From NCBI GenBank assembly GCA_963677485.1, contig OY781964.1, forward strand, positions 864,001 through 928,000: a DNA stretch of 64,000 nucleotides, written 5' to 3'. The DNA comes from Armatimonadota bacterium. GTDB lineage: Bacteria; Armatimonadota; HRBIN16. Below are positions 12,519 through 22,519 of the stretch, in pieces (the stretch's first letter is position 1; every line of letters starts with the position of its first letter). A model generated the notes under the pieces. The model ran no database searches and had not been told where the DNA came from. It saw nothing but the letters and a program-made list of their open reading frames with translations. The translations under genes and the position numbers were made by a program.

Positions 12519-13154
12519 TTAGCGCGAGTAGAACTCGATGATAACTTGCTCTTCCACAACCGTGTCAATTTGATCACGGGTAGGCAGTGCAAGCACTTTG
12601 CCAGACATGGTGTTGTCATCCCAGCTCAGCCACTCCGGCGAACCGGAAACGCCGCGGCTGGCAATCAACCCCTTGACAAAATCATATCCGCGCTTAGATT
12701 CAAACACAGATACTTCGTCGCCAACGCGAAGACGAATGGAAGGAACATCCACACGGCCTCCGTTCACTTTGAAGAAGCCATGACTTACCATCTGACGTGC
12801 CTGGCCTCGGCTCTTGGCGATGCCAAGACGATAAACCACGTTGTCCAGACGGCGCTCAAACAGCTCCATCATCAATTCACCGGAAACGCCTGTTCGGCGC
12901 TCCGCTTCAGCTACATATCGACGGGTGATCCCCTCTTCGACCATGTAGATTCTTTTCAGCTTTTGCTTCTCTCGAAGCTGTGTGCCGTAGCCCGTCATTT
13001 TCTTCTGAGCCGCTCGCTCTCCGTGCTGCCCCGGTGGCTTCTGTCTGCCTTCACGATCCATGGCGCAAGCCTTCGTGTAGCATCGGTCGCCCTTCAGGAA
13101 CAACTTCTGGTTCTCTCGGCGGCACTGACGGCATTTCGGTTGTGCAATACCCAT
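12519..13154 (-). CDS. rpsD: 30S ribosomal protein S4 (Zn-ribbon form)
   Basis: CRQCRRE, PPGQHG, QLREKQK and ERRLDNVVYRLG. Confidence 0.97.
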   Translation of the reverse strand: MGIAQPKCRQCRRENQKLFLKGDRCYTKACAMDREGRQKPPGQHGERAAQKKMTGYGTQLREKQKLKRIYMVEEGITRRYVAEAERRTGVSGELMMELFERRLDNVVYRLGIAKSRGQARQMVSHGFFKVNGGRVDVPSIRLRVGDEVSVFESKRGYDFVKGLIASRGVSGSPEWLSWDDNTMSGKVLALPTRDQIDTVVEEQVIIEFYSR

Positions 13155-13178
13155 ATCTTCAGAAATGCTCCTTCTAGA

Positions 13179-13577
13179 TTACACCCGGCGGCTTTTGGAA
13201 GCCCGGCAACCGTTGTGTGGCACGGGTGTGACGTCTCTAATCGTCATCACTTCTATGCCTGTGGTTTGGATCGCTCGGATGGCAGTTTCGCGGCCAGGGC
13301 CTGGGCCCTTGACCTGAACATCAACCTTGCGCACGCCATGCTCGATCGCCTTCTTAGCGGCGTCTTCGGCAGCCTGGCTGGCAGCAAAGGGAGTACTCTT
13401 GCGAGAACCCTTAAATCCCACGTGTCCAGCGGTACTCCAGCTAATCACGCCACCCTTTACGTCTGTGATACAGACGATGGTGTTGTTAAACGTGCTCTGT
13501 ATATGAACCACGCCTTGGGCGATATTCTTCTTCGGCTTTGTTTTCTGCCGAACGTTCGTTGCCTTTTTTGTAGCCAT
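13179..13577 (-). CDS. rpsK: 30S ribosomal protein S11
   Basis: [17 protein letters not shown] and [11 protein letters not shown]. Confidence 0.98.
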   Translation of the reverse strand: MATKKATNVRQKTKPKKNIAQGVVHIQSTFNNTIVCITDVKGGVISWSTAGHVGFKGSRKSTPFAASQAAEDAAKKAIEHGVRKVDVQVKGPGPGRETAIRAIQTTGIEVMTIRDVTPVPHNGCRASKSRRV

Positions 13578-13600
13578 GAATTATCCTTGTCTCCGCAACA

Positions 13601-13975
13601 CTATCGAACTTTCTTCTTGTTGCCGACAGTATGCTTTTTGCCCTTGCGTGTTCTGGCGTTGGTACGTGTACGCTGACCGTGAACCGGGAGTCCACGGCGA
13701 TGGCGCAGGCCGCGGTAACAACCAATTTCCATCAAGCGGCGCACGTTGCCTGCCACTTCGCGGCGCAGTTCACCTTCGACCGTGTATTCGTTCTCGATGA
13801 CATCCCGCAACCGCGCGATTTCTGATTCTGTCAAGTTTTTCGTTCGTGTCGAGTAATCTATTCCACACTGCACCAAAATCTTTCGTGATGCAGATAGTCC
13901 TATGCCATAGATATACGGCAGGGCATACTCGACTCGCTTGTCGCGCGGTAAATCCACACCCGCTATGCGTGCCAA
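13601..13975 (-). CDS. rpsM: 30S ribosomal protein S13
   Basis: [10 protein letters not shown] and [26 protein letters not shown]. Confidence 0.98.
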   Translation of the reverse strand: MARIAGVDLPRDKRVEYALPYIYGIGLSASRKILVQCGIDYSTRTKNLTESEIARLRDVIENEYTVEGELRREVAGNVRRLMEIGCYRGLRHRRGLPVHGQRTRTNARTRKGKKHTVGNKKKVR

Positions 13976-13986
13976 ATGTCGCCTCC

Positions 13987-14103
13987 TTAGCCTTGTCGCT
14001 GCTTATGCTTGGGGTTCTTTTTGCAAATCACCCTCACGACGCCTTCGCGTCGGATGATTTTGCATTTCTCGCACATCTTTTTTACGGACGCTCTAACCTT
14101 CAT
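13987..14103 (-). CDS. rpmJ: 50S ribosomal protein L36 (38 aa, not in the ORF track)
   Basis: Manual translation gives [38 protein letters not shown]. Confidence 0.97.
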   Translation of the reverse strand: MKVRASVKKMCEKCKIIRREGVVRVICKKNPKHKQRQG

Positions 14104-14173
14104 CCTGTGACCTCACGTGTTCGCTTGCACCCCGTTTTTAGGGGTTGTAATATCTTCCGACACGCAAACATGT

Positions 14174-14202
14174 ATTGTACCATGTCTATGTGGCAGATGC
14201 AA
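14174..14202 (-). promoter_or_regulatory. Sigma70-type promoter for the rpmJ-rpsM-rpsK-rpsD-rpoA block
   Basis: TTGCAT-17 nt-TACAAT with an extended -10 TG on the minus strand, in the infA-rpmJ spacer. Confidence 0.7.
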
Positions 14203-14222
14203 CCCGAATGGGTGCCTACGAT

Positions 14223-14465
14223 TTACTTGTATCGATAGATGATCCGACCGCGGGTCAAATCATAGGGAGATAACTCGAGCAGCACACGGTCACCAGGCAG
14301 TATGCGAATAAAGTGCATGCGCATTTTGCCGGATACGTGAGCCAGAACAATGTGACCTTCAGCTACCTCAACACGAAACATCGCGTTTGGAAGTGTCTCA
14401 GCCACTATGCCTTCGAGTTGTAATCCCTTTTCCTTGTCCTGCTGCGGATCTTGCTTCTTAGCCAT
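14223..14465 (-). CDS. infA: Translation initiation factor IF-1
   Basis: [25 protein letters not shown] and [10 protein letters not shown]. Confidence 0.97.
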   Translation of the reverse strand: MAKKQDPQQDKEKGLQLEGIVAETLPNAMFRVEVAEGHIVLAHVSGKMRMHFIRILPGDRVLLELSPYDLTRGRIIYRYK

Positions 14466-14485
14466 ATGGTTTGCTTATTGTCCCT

Positions 14486-15238
14486 CTACTCTTCCAGAGT
14501 GAGTATATCCGCACCCTCTGCGGTTACTGCCACAGTGTGCTCGTAATGTGCTGAGGGCAGCGAATCTTCCGTGACAATAGTCCATCTGTCAGAAAGAGTC
14601 CGAACCCTCCAGGTGCCGGTGTTCACCATCGGCTCTATCGCCAGTGTCATTCCCTCACGTAGAAGGAGGCCCTGACCGCTTTTGCCATAATTCGGAACCG
14701 CTGGGTCTTCGTGAAGCTTCTGCCCCACGCCGTGCCCAACCAGATCTCGAACAACTGCAAATCCGTTTTGCTCGCAATGCTTTTGGATGGCGCTGCCAAT
14801 ATCGCCCAGCCTATGGCCGGGTTTGACCTGCTCTATCCCAATCATTAACGATTGTCTGGTGATATCCATCAGCTTCTGCTTTTCCTCAGACACTTCACCT
14901 ACCGCCACAGAAATGGCCGAGTCGGTGAACAGCCCTTCAAGCTCCACTCCGAAATCCAGACTCAAAATATCTCCAGTGCATAGCACTGTGTTATCTGGGA
15001 TACCGTGAACAACCTGTTCATTTATTGATGTACAGACCGCCCCAGGATACCCGTGATAATCCAAAAACGCTGGCTTAACAGCATAAAATGAGCACAACTC
15101 ACGTGCCACTTCGTCCAAATCAAGTGTCGTAGTGACATCTGCACGTATACACTCAGTCAACTGTCGCAGAATACTGGCCAAAATCCGGCCACCCCGGCGC
15201 ATTGTTTCAATCTGCTCCGGCGTCTTGATGACTACCAA
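14486..15238 (-). CDS. map: Methionine aminopeptidase type I
   Basis: SINEQVVHGIP, GHGVG, LAIEPM and SAHYEHT. Confidence 0.96.
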   Translation of the reverse strand: MVVIKTPEQIETMRRGGRILASILRQLTECIRADVTTTLDLDEVARELCSFYAVKPAFLDYHGYPGAVCTSINEQVVHGIPDNTVLCTGDILSLDFGVELEGLFTDSAISVAVGEVSEEKQKLMDITRQSLMIGIEQVKPGHRLGDIGSAIQKHCEQNGFAVVRDLVGHGVGQKLHEDPAVPNYGKSGQGLLLREGMTLAIEPMVNTGTWRVRTLSDRWTIVTEDSLPSAHYEHTVAVTAEGADILTLEE

Positions 15239-15251
15239 TACAAGATTACCC

Positions 15252-15896
15252 CTAAAGCCCGATAACGGCTTTCACTTTCGCAAACACCTGGTCGGCGTTG
15301 CCAGAGGCATCAATGTTTTTCAATGCTCCCTGCTGTTGGTAATATGCAACCAGCGGCTCTGTAGACTCTGCATATACCCTTAAGCGGTTCTGTATGGCTT
15401 CAGGAGTGTCGTCTTTACGTGTGATGAGCTCTGCACCGCACTTGTCGCATATACCGGCCTGTACGGGCGGCATAGAGGTTGCATGGTAACCTGCTCCACA
15501 GCCCGGGCAGCTTAGTCGTCCGCCCAGCCGTTGCAGGATCACTTCTTCTTCTGTATCAAAATAGAGAACACCGCTCAGCGTCCATCCATTTTTCTTCATC
15601 ATGTTGTCCAAAAGCTGTGCCTGGGGAAGCGTCCTTGGGAAGCCATCCAGCAGAACTCCGGATCCGATGCCGTCCTGCTCAAGGCGAGCCGCCAGCACGT
15701 TGGCTATGAGCTCATCGGGAACAAGCCCTCCCGATTCCATGAAGCTCTTCACTTGCGATCCAAGCTCGCTGCCTTCGGCTACCGCTTTACGAAGCATCTC
15801 ACCCGTGCTATAGCTCTTCATATCGCTCTGAGCCATCAGCATATTCGCCTGTGTGCCTTTACCGCAGCCAGGAGCACCTAGTAATACCCAAACCAT
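15252..15896 (-). CDS. adk: Adenylate kinase (Zn-lid form)
   Basis: GAPGCGKGTQA, LLDGFPRT, CPGC/CDKC lid and RKDD. Confidence 0.96.
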   Translation of the reverse strand: MVWVLLGAPGCGKGTQANMLMAQSDMKSYSTGEMLRKAVAEGSELGSQVKSFMESGGLVPDELIANVLAARLEQDGIGSGVLLDGFPRTLPQAQLLDNMMKKNGWTLSGVLYFDTEEEVILQRLGGRLSCPGCGAGYHATSMPPVQAGICDKCGAELITRKDDTPEAIQNRLRVYAESTEPLVAYYQQQGALKNIDASGNADQVFAKVKAVIGL

Positions 15897-15902
15897 TCTC
15901 AA

Positions 15903-17207
15903 TTACTCCTTCAGAAAGCCCTGGTAGTTTCGCATCATCAACTGAGCTTCAATCGCTTGCATGGTCTCAAGAGCCACACCTACGATGATCAGCAGTGAGG
16001 TTCCGCCCACCAGACTGAAGCTGCTTCCTGCTACTCCCGTGATTGCCGGGGCTATATATTGTACCACGGCGACAAGGGTAAGGAATACTGCACCTGCGGT
16101 GGTGATGCGTGTAATCACTCTATCCAGGTAGTCTGCCGTCGGTTTACCGGGGCGGATACCGGGGATGTAAGCACCAGACTTCTTGAGGTTGTCGGCGATG
16201 TCATTCACATCAAACTGCACCGCGGTGTAGAAGTATGTGAAGCCCATGATCAAAATTCCGAAAAGGATCAGTGCCCACCAATGCTCCACGCTGGGAACCA
16301 AACCGTTGGCGATTTTGATAAACCAGCCGACAAACCCAGTCTGCTGCTCCTGCAGGTCGCGGGGGAGCGCCGTGGCCAGGGTGGCCGGTAACATCTGTAA
16401 TGAAATTGCGAAGATGATGGGGATAACACCCGCCATCGCAATTTTGAATGGCATGTAGCTGGTGTGCCCACCCACCTGGCGCATACCAACCACACGTCTA
16501 GCGTGCTGAACCGGAATGCGTCGATTAGCCTGGGTGACAAACACGATAGCGACCACACTGGCAAGGAAGAGAACGAGCAGCATGATGAGGCCCATCCACT
16601 GCTGGTTTGCCTTTACCAGTTCCCATGTCTTACCCAACTGCCAGGGAAGACCTGCACAGATCGAGCAGAAGATGATCATACTGATGCCGTTGCCAATCCC
16701 GTTCTCGGTGATTTGCTCACCCAGCCACATCAGGAACATGGTTCCCGCTGTCAGAATGACACAGGTCGCCAGGATCTGGATGATGGTGGCATCAAGGATA
16801 TGACTCTTCTGAAGTGTCAGGCTGATACCAAAACTTTGCATGAAGGCGAGCAAGATCGTAAAGTAGCGAACATACTTGTTAATCTGCTTGCGGCCCGACT
16901 CGCCTTCCTTCTGGAGCTCTTTCAACTGAGGCACTGCTGCAGTCAGCAGTTGGAAGATGATGGAGGCGTTGATATAGGGAATAATTCCCATGGCGAGTAT
17001 GGTGAACTTGCGCATCGCACCGCCCGAGAACACATCCACCAAACCAAACATGCCGCCATTAGAAAACAGAGCTTCCATCTTCGCATGGTCGATATTTGGC
17101 AGGGGTATATGAAGCCCAATGGCGTAGACACCGAACGCCGCAAATACGAATAAGATTCGCTTGCGAAGCTCCGGTAGTTTCCACGCAGCTATCAACGACT
17201 CCAACAT
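15903..17207 (-). CDS. secY: Preprotein translocase subunit SecY
   Basis: MGIIPYINASII, WLGEQITENGIGNGIS, IPGIRPG and GGTSLLIIVGV. Confidence 0.97.
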   Translation of the reverse strand: MLESLIAAWKLPELRKRILFVFAAFGVYAIGLHIPLPNIDHAKMEALFSNGGMFGLVDVFSGGAMRKFTILAMGIIPYINASIIFQLLTAAVPQLKELQKEGESGRKQINKYVRYFTILLAFMQSFGISLTLQKSHILDATIIQILATCVILTAGTMFLMWLGEQITENGIGNGISMIIFCSICAGLPWQLGKTWELVKANQQWMGLIMLLVLFLASVVAIVFVTQANRRIPVQHARRVVGMRQVGGHTSYMPFKIAMAGVIPIIFAISLQMLPATLATALPRDLQEQQTGFVGWFIKIANGLVPSVEHWWALILFGILIMGFTYFYTAVQFDVNDIADNLKKSGAYIPGIRPGKPTADYLDRVITRITTAGAVFLTLVAVVQYIAPAITGVAGSSFSLVGGTSLLIIVGVALETMQAIEAQLMMRNYQGFLKE

Positions 17208-17209
17208 AA

Positions 17210-17653
17210 CTACATTGCCTCCGTAGTGCCACCGGCAGCTGCAATTTTCTCAACAGCCGATTTGCTGAACTTGTGTGCTTTAACTGTGAAGGCCTTAGTC
17301 AACTCGCCATCGGCAAGAATCTTAATACCATCCTTCTCAACTTTGCGAATCGTACCGGTGCTCAGAAGCATTTCCGGATTGATCTCGGTGCCTGCATCGA
17401 ACATATCCTCTAACACGCAAAGGTTAAGCACAGTGAACTCTTTGGCGTTAGGGTTACGGAAGCCGCGCTTCACAGGAAGTCGGCGATGCAACGGGGTCTG
17501 TCCACCCTCGAACTGAGCGCGAACTTTACTGCGTGCCTTCTGGCCTTTATGGCCTTTGGTGGCGGTATGGCCATGGCCGGAGCCGGGGCCGCGTCCGATT
17601 CGCTTTTTCTTTTTGGTGGCGCCTTCGTTTGGCTTCAGGTCATGAATAAACAT
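17210..17653 (-). CDS. rplO: 50S ribosomal protein L15
   Basis: RIGRGPGSG and [13 protein letters not shown]. Confidence 0.97.
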   Translation of the reverse strand: MFIHDLKPNEGATKKKKRIGRGPGSGHGHTATKGHKGQKARSKVRAQFEGGQTPLHRRLPVKRGFRNPNAKEFTVLNLCVLEDMFDAGTEINPEMLLSTGTIRKVEKDGIKILADGELTKAFTVKAHKFSKSAVEKIAAAGGTTEAM

Positions 17654-17857
17654 TTACGCCTCCTGGGTGGCGTCTTCTGCCACCTCTTGTACGGTCACCA
17701 AGTGCTTCACCTTGAAGATCATACCTCGTACTGAGGCGTTATCCGGCAAACGCACGGTGTGATATCGCTTGCTAAGACCCAGGGCCCTTACGGTGTCCTT
17801 CTGGTCTTGCTTATAGCCGATGGCACTTTTGGTTAGTGTGACGTATAGCTCACTCAT
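17654..17857 (-). CDS. rpmD: 50S ribosomal protein L30
   Basis: MSELYVTLTKSAIG...RGMIFKVKHLV; ATG at 17857. Confidence 0.95.
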   Translation of the reverse strand: MSELYVTLTKSAIGYKQDQKDTVRALGLSKRYHTVRLPDNASVRGMIFKVKHLVTVQEVAEDATQEA

Positions 17858-18413
17858 TGTCGGCCTCCGTGCTTTCAGTAACCACAGGTGCGGTAGTGTC
17901 AAACTTCCGTGCCCATGGGATAAGCTTCTTGGCATCTTTGCCGCGCATCGCTGCGGTACCTTCAATGGTCTTCAGAGCCTGAAGAGCCTTGATGGTAGCC
18001 CAGGCGACGTTAATGGCATTGGTAGAACCAAGGCACTTGGCGAGGACGTCCTTCACCCCTGCGGCAACTAGGATACTGCGGCAGGAGGTACCAGCCACGA
18101 CTCCCGTTCCCGGGGCGGCCGGCTTCAGAAGAACGATGGAGCTGCCGTGGTGCGCTGTGATCTCATGAGGGATGGTGTGTCCAATGATGGGCACTTCAAT
18201 CATCCGCTTTTTGGCATCTTCTGCACCTTTGCGAATGGCATCAGGAACAGCGCGGGCCTTGCCCACACCTGCGCCCACATGCCCTTCGCCGTCACCAACC
18301 ACTACCAGGCTGTTAAAGCTCATGGTACGTCCACCCTTATGGGTCTTCTGAACACGGTTGGTCTTGACAACCACTTCTTGAAGGTTCATGATATCAGGGT
18401 TGATATGTGCCAT
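17850..18413 (-). CDS. rpsE: 30S ribosomal protein S5
   Basis: NRVQKTHKGGR, VVVGDGEG and PAAPGTGV; ATG at 18413. Confidence 0.96.
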   Translation of the reverse strand: MAHINPDIMNLQEVVVKTNRVQKTHKGGRTMSFNSLVVVGDGEGHVGAGVGKARAVPDAIRKGAEDAKKRMIEVPIIGHTIPHEITAHHGSSIVLLKPAAPGTGVVAGTSCRSILVAAGVKDVLAKCLGSTNAINVAWATIKALQALKTIEGTAAMRGKDAKKLIPWARKFDTTAPVVTESTEADNE

Positions 18414-18414
18414 C

Positions 18415-18792
18415 TTAGAACTGTAGCCCTCCTTCACGAGCGCCATCGGCAAGAGCTTTCACGCGGCCATGGTACTGGTAACCGCCGCGGTCAAAGACCA
18501 CGAGGCCGATACCAGCCTGCTTGGCTCGGTCGGCTACTAGCTTCCCAACCGCGGTTGCGGCCTCCTGGTTGCCAGTTTTTGCCACACTCTGCTTCACTTC
18601 AGGCTCTAGACTAGATGCGCTGCACAGAGTGACACCCTGCACGTCGTCAATCAACTGAGCATAGATATATTTCAAGCTGCGGAATACACACAGCCGAGGA
18701 CACTCGGCGGTTCCGCGGATTTTCTTGCGTACCCGATCGTGTCGCAACTTACGCGCACGTTCGGAGGCTGCCATGTTACGGTATTTTATCAT
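18415..18792 (-). CDS. rplR: 50S ribosomal protein L18
   Basis: PRLCVFRS and [22 protein letters not shown]. Confidence 0.97.
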   Translation of the reverse strand: MIKYRNMAASERARKLRHDRVRKKIRGTAECPRLCVFRSLKYIYAQLIDDVQGVTLCSASSLEPEVKQSVAKTGNQEAATAVGKLVADRAKQAGIGLVVFDRGGYQYHGRVKALADGAREGGLQF

Positions 18793-18795
18793 GGT

Positions 18796-19368
18796 CTATT
18801 TCTTCCCTTTACCGCCGGCCTTACCGCTCTTACCAGCCTTGCGGCGTATCACTTCTCCGCGATAGCGGACTCCCTTACCTTTGTAAGGTTCCGGTGAGCG
18901 CAGGCTACGGATCTGAGCGGCCTGCTGACCCACGTTCTCTTTGTTAATCCCGTTGACAACCACGAAGGGCATACGGGTAGCGTTGTCCATACCAGTTTCA
19001 AAGCTGATCCCCTCAAGAGGGGTCACATCAATGGTATGAGAATAGCCCAGGCTCATGACGAGTTTTCCGTCTTTGGCCTCAGCACGGTACCCAACGCCGA
19101 CGATGTCAAGAATTCGCTTGTATCCGACAGAAACTCCAACAATCATATTGTTAAGCAACGCGCGGGTCAAGCCATGAAAAGCTCGGTGTAAGCGCTGATC
19201 GGTGGGGCGCTCAACCATTACCTTATTATCTTCGATACGGACTAGCATATCCGGATTGATACTCCGGCTCAGCTCGCCCTTCGGTCCCATTACCTTGACG
19301 AAACCTGGTTGAATTTCCAAGGTTACGCCGGCAGGGATCGGGATGGGTAGTTTTCCAATACGAGACAT
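18796..19368 (-). CDS. rplF: 50S ribosomal protein L6
   Basis: MSRIGKLPI, GVGYRA and PEPYKGKGVRY. Confidence 0.98.
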   Translation of the reverse strand: MSRIGKLPIPIPAGVTLEIQPGFVKVMGPKGELSRSINPDMLVRIEDNKVMVERPTDQRLHRAFHGLTRALLNNMIVGVSVGYKRILDIVGVGYRAEAKDGKLVMSLGYSHTIDVTPLEGISFETGMDNATRMPFVVVNGINKENVGQQAAQIRSLRSPEPYKGKGVRYRGEVIRRKAGKSGKAGGKGKK

Positions 19369-19400
19369 TTACAGTATCCTCCTCACCTGCTCTGTTCGGC

Positions 19401-19811
19401 TTACCAGACCTCGCAAAGCACTTCTCCGCCCACGCCTAGGCGCTTGGCTACTCGCTCAGTCATACAGCCGTGTGATGTGCTGACAATGGCAATGCCAAAG
19501 CCCTTCATCACGGGTTGCATGTCTTTCGCTTTGATGTAGAGGCGCAAGCCGGGTTTTGAGATGCGCTTGAGGTTGGTAATAGCGCGATCACGAACAGGTC
19601 CGCGTCGCAGGCCGTACTTCATGTACAGGCGCAAGCGGTTCTGGGGTTTAGCTTCGATGACTTCGTAGCCCTTGATGAAGCCTTCCTCTTTGAGGATACG
19701 GGCAATCTCTACCTTTATCTTGGAAGAGTCCATTTCCAAAGAGTCATGATAGACCACATTCGCGTTGCGGATGCGTGTAAGCATATCCGCAATGGGATCT
19801 GTGACAGGCAT
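19401..19811 (-). CDS. rpsH: 30S ribosomal protein S8
   Basis: TDPIADMLTRIRNA, RISKPGLR and GGEVLC. Confidence 0.98.
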   Translation of the reverse strand: MPVTDPIADMLTRIRNANVVYHDSLEMDSSKIKVEIARILKEEGFIKGYEVIEAKPQNRLRLYMKYGLRRGPVRDRAITNLKRISKPGLRLYIKAKDMQPVMKGFGIAIVSTSHGCMTERVAKRLGVGGEVLCEVW

Positions 19812-19932
19812 GTTGTTCTCCTAGTCTCATGCAGTGACGGTACTGGGACGGTCAGTTGCGCGCCTGTCGGCACGGCTGAGGTATCCCATACCTCCAAGGT
19901 TCGAACGGGTTTAACCCGTTAACAAGGGCGCT

Positions 19933-20118
19933 CTACCAGGATGCTTTATGCACACCGGGAAGCTGCCCGCGATGAGCGAGTTCGCGCAGGCATATTCGGC
20001 ATAGGCCAAATTTGCGATGGTATCCGTGAGCTCGTCCGCAGACACTGCAGCGATTGTACTCACGTACCTTAAACTTCGGTTTCCGCGCCGCCTTTAGAAT
20101 CAGGCAATGCTTAGCCAA
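19933..20118 (-). CDS. rpsN: 30S ribosomal protein S14, type Z (61 aa, Zn-binding)
   Basis: TTG start after GGAGG; RCSVCGR...LCRICLRE...PGVHKASW. Confidence 0.95.
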   Translation of the reverse strand: MAKHCLILKAARKPKFKVREYNRCSVCGRAHGYHRKFGLCRICLRELAHRGQLPGVHKASW

Positions 20119-20226
20119 TTTTAGTCCTCCGTATTCAGGGCTTATCAAGCCATACCTTCTCGTCATACGTAGATACGCAGTACGACAAAGGCACGACTCA
20201 TATTCTACAACATTTCCGGGTACATT

Positions 20227-20250
20227 GAAAGGCGGCCGAAGCCGCCTTTC
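20227..20250 (-). terminator. Hairpin after the EF-G paralog (probable terminator)
   Basis: GAAAGGCGGC-TTCG-GCCGCCTTTC perfect 10-bp stem; U-tract is weak. Confidence 0.55.
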
Positions 20251-20282
20251 TCTCATTTTTCAGATTCACCTTAAAGTCCAGG

Positions 20283-22361
20283 CTACTCAGCCTGTGCTTT
20301 TTCCCGTTCCTTCTTATAAACCTCAATGATTTTTGAGGCTACCATGTTGGGAACTTCGTCATAATGGTCTACCGTTGCGGTAAATACACCCATTCCACGG
20401 GTGATGGCGCGCAGATCGACCGCATATTTCAGCATTTCGGACTGAGGCACCATAGCGGTGACCTTCTGTTTGCCACCCTCCATGCTCTCCATCCCAAGTA
20501 CCCGGCCCCGTTTGCCATTGAAGTCACTCATCACTTCACCCATGTTGGCTTTGGGTATGGTGACCTCTACCTTCATCACGGGCTCAAGCAGCACGGGATT
20601 CGCCAGGTTCACCACGTTGTTGAACCCAATCACGCCAGCTTGCTGGAAAGCCGCATCCGAGCTGTCGACTGCATGAACGGAGCCGTCATCAACGGTCACC
20701 TTACAGTCCACCACCGGATAACCGGCCAGAACGCCTCGGTCCATCGCGGTACGGACGCCCTTCTCTACGGACGGGATATAGTTCTTAGGAATGGATCCAC
20801 CAAATATCTCATCCACGAACATAAATCCTTCACCTCGCGGTAAAGGCTCTATACGCAGCCAACAGTCGCCAAACTGTCCACGACCGCCTGTTTGCTTCTT
20901 GTGGCGGCCCTGAGCACGTGCTTTACCGGTGATGGTCTCCTTGTAGGGGATGCGAATCTCTTCGCTCTCCACTGCGGTGCCAAACTTGCGCTTCATACGG
21001 GCTACGATCACGTCCAGATGGGTGTCGCCCAAGCCACTGATGATCGTCTGACCAGTGATCGGATCGCGATGGTGCCCAAATGTGGGATCTTCTTCTGCGA
21101 TCTTTTGAATGGCACTACTCAGTCGGTCTTCGTCAGCCTTTGTGGTCGCCTTAACCGCCAGGTGGTAACAGTCCGCCGGGAATTCAGTCGGCGGATAGAT
21201 AATCGGCTTGGCCTTATCGCTAAGGGTGTCACTGGTATGGGTGAACTGGAGTTTGGCAAGCGCTGCGATATCGCCAGGCCCCACAGAAGGGGTGTTAGCT
21301 TGAACCTTGCCCCGCACATAAAACACCGATCCTACCCGTTCATCTTTTCCACTGTTGGCATTCAGAACATGAGAATCACTTTTCATCGTTCCACTCATCA
21401 CTTTGAAGTAAGTGATTTTGCCCACGAATGGGTCAGAAGTGGTTTTGAACACAAATGCTGATAATGGCTCAGACTCTAAGGCCTTGCGGGATTCGGCGGC
21501 TTGAGTCACGGGGTTGATGCCCTCGGCCACTGGGTTCACATTTGGTGAAGGCAGCAGCTCGAATATCAAATCAATAAACGCCTGCATACCGACGCCGGTG
21601 GTCGATGAGCCGCAAGCGATGGGATAGACCTTACCAGCGGTGATACTTGCGGCAAGCCCCTGCTCCACCTCTTCGGTCGAGAGCTCGCCAGTGTCCAGGT
21701 ATTTTTCCATTAACTCGTCGCTGCCCTCGGCAGCGGCTTCTGTAATCCATTCACGGTAGGTGGCGATATCAGGATCGATATCTTCACTGACGTCAGATAC
21801 ACCCTCTTTAGTGTAGGATTTCATGGTAAGAATATTGATGACACCACTGAATGATGATTCTTGGCCTATTGGAATAATGACGGGGACCATGCCGGAACCG
21901 CACAATGCGCGATATTCCTTCACACGAGCTGAAAAATCAGCGTTTTCGCGATCCATCTTGTTCACAAAGATGATACCTGGCAGCGCACGGCTCTTGATGC
22001 GGTCCCAGCCGATCTCAAAACCGACTTCTGGTGCCACTGAAGCACGGGAAACCAAAATCGCACTGTCGACAACGCGGAGTGCGCCGTAGACATCGCCGGA
22101 GAAGTCGAGGAAACCTGGGGTGTCCAGGATGTTGATTTTACCCGATGGTGTGACCACCGGTAACACTGAAGTATTAATACTAATTTTGCGCTTTTTTTCG
22201 TCTTCGTCAAAGTCAGACAATGTCGAACCATCATCTACCCTGCCTAGCCGTTCTATATTACCGGCAGCGAACAAAAGAGCCTCGGCAAGACTGGTTTTAC
22301 CAGCTCCACCGTGACCGAGAAATGCCACGTTACGAATCGCATCGATACCAACCTGTTTCAT
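20283..22361 (-). CDS. Elongation factor G paralog (EF-G2/EF-G-like)
   Basis: 692 aa with full EF-G architecture but divergent G motifs GHGGAGKT, RKISI, DTPGFLDF; also NKMD and [12 protein letters not shown]. Confidence 0.92.
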   Translation of the reverse strand: MKQVGIDAIRNVAFLGHGGAGKTSLAEALLFAAGNIERLGRVDDGSTLSDFDEDEKKRKISINTSVLPVVTPSGKINILDTPGFLDFSGDVYGALRVVDSAILVSRASVAPEVGFEIGWDRIKSRALPGIIFVNKMDRENADFSARVKEYRALCGSGMVPVIIPIGQESSFSGVINILTMKSYTKEGVSDVSEDIDPDIATYREWITEAAAEGSDELMEKYLDTGELSTEEVEQGLAASITAGKVYPIACGSSTTGVGMQAFIDLIFELLPSPNVNPVAEGINPVTQAAESRKALESEPLSAFVFKTTSDPFVGKITYFKVMSGTMKSDSHVLNANSGKDERVGSVFYVRGKVQANTPSVGPGDIAALAKLQFTHTSDTLSDKAKPIIYPPTEFPADCYHLAVKATTKADEDRLSSAIQKIAEEDPTFGHHRDPITGQTIISGLGDTHLDVIVARMKRKFGTAVESEEIRIPYKETITGKARAQGRHKKQTGGRGQFGDCWLRIEPLPRGEGFMFVDEIFGGSIPKNYIPSVEKGVRTAMDRGVLAGYPVVDCKVTVDDGSVHAVDSSDAAFQQAGVIGFNNVVNLANPVLLEPVMKVEVTIPKANMGEVMSDFNGKRGRVLGMESMEGGKQKVTAMVPQSEMLKYAVDLRAITRGMGVFTATVDHYDEVPNMVASKIIEVYKKEREKAQAE

Positions 22362-22485
22362 GATCCGCCTCCAAAAACAGAATATAGTGCTGGTGACTGC
22401 GAAACCCTCAATACCGTCTCACCCGACCGCGCTAAGCGCGGCCGGGCGATAAAGTTTTGAGATTGTCAAGGTATGACATTATACG

Positions 22486-22519
22486 AAAAACCCGATCAGG
22501 ATTGTTCCCGATCGGGTTT
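22486..22519 (-). terminator. Rho-independent terminator after rplE
   Basis: AAACCCGATCGGGA-ACAA-TCCTGATCGGGTTTTT on the minus strand directly after the rplE stop. Confidence 0.8.

Noticed and set aside
12393-13676. 427-aa plus-strand ORF, and similar long antisense ORFs such as 29231-30352, 36496-37488, 46661-47677 and 49554-50723
   Set aside because: Shadow frames opposite well-supported genes, with no recognisable motifs
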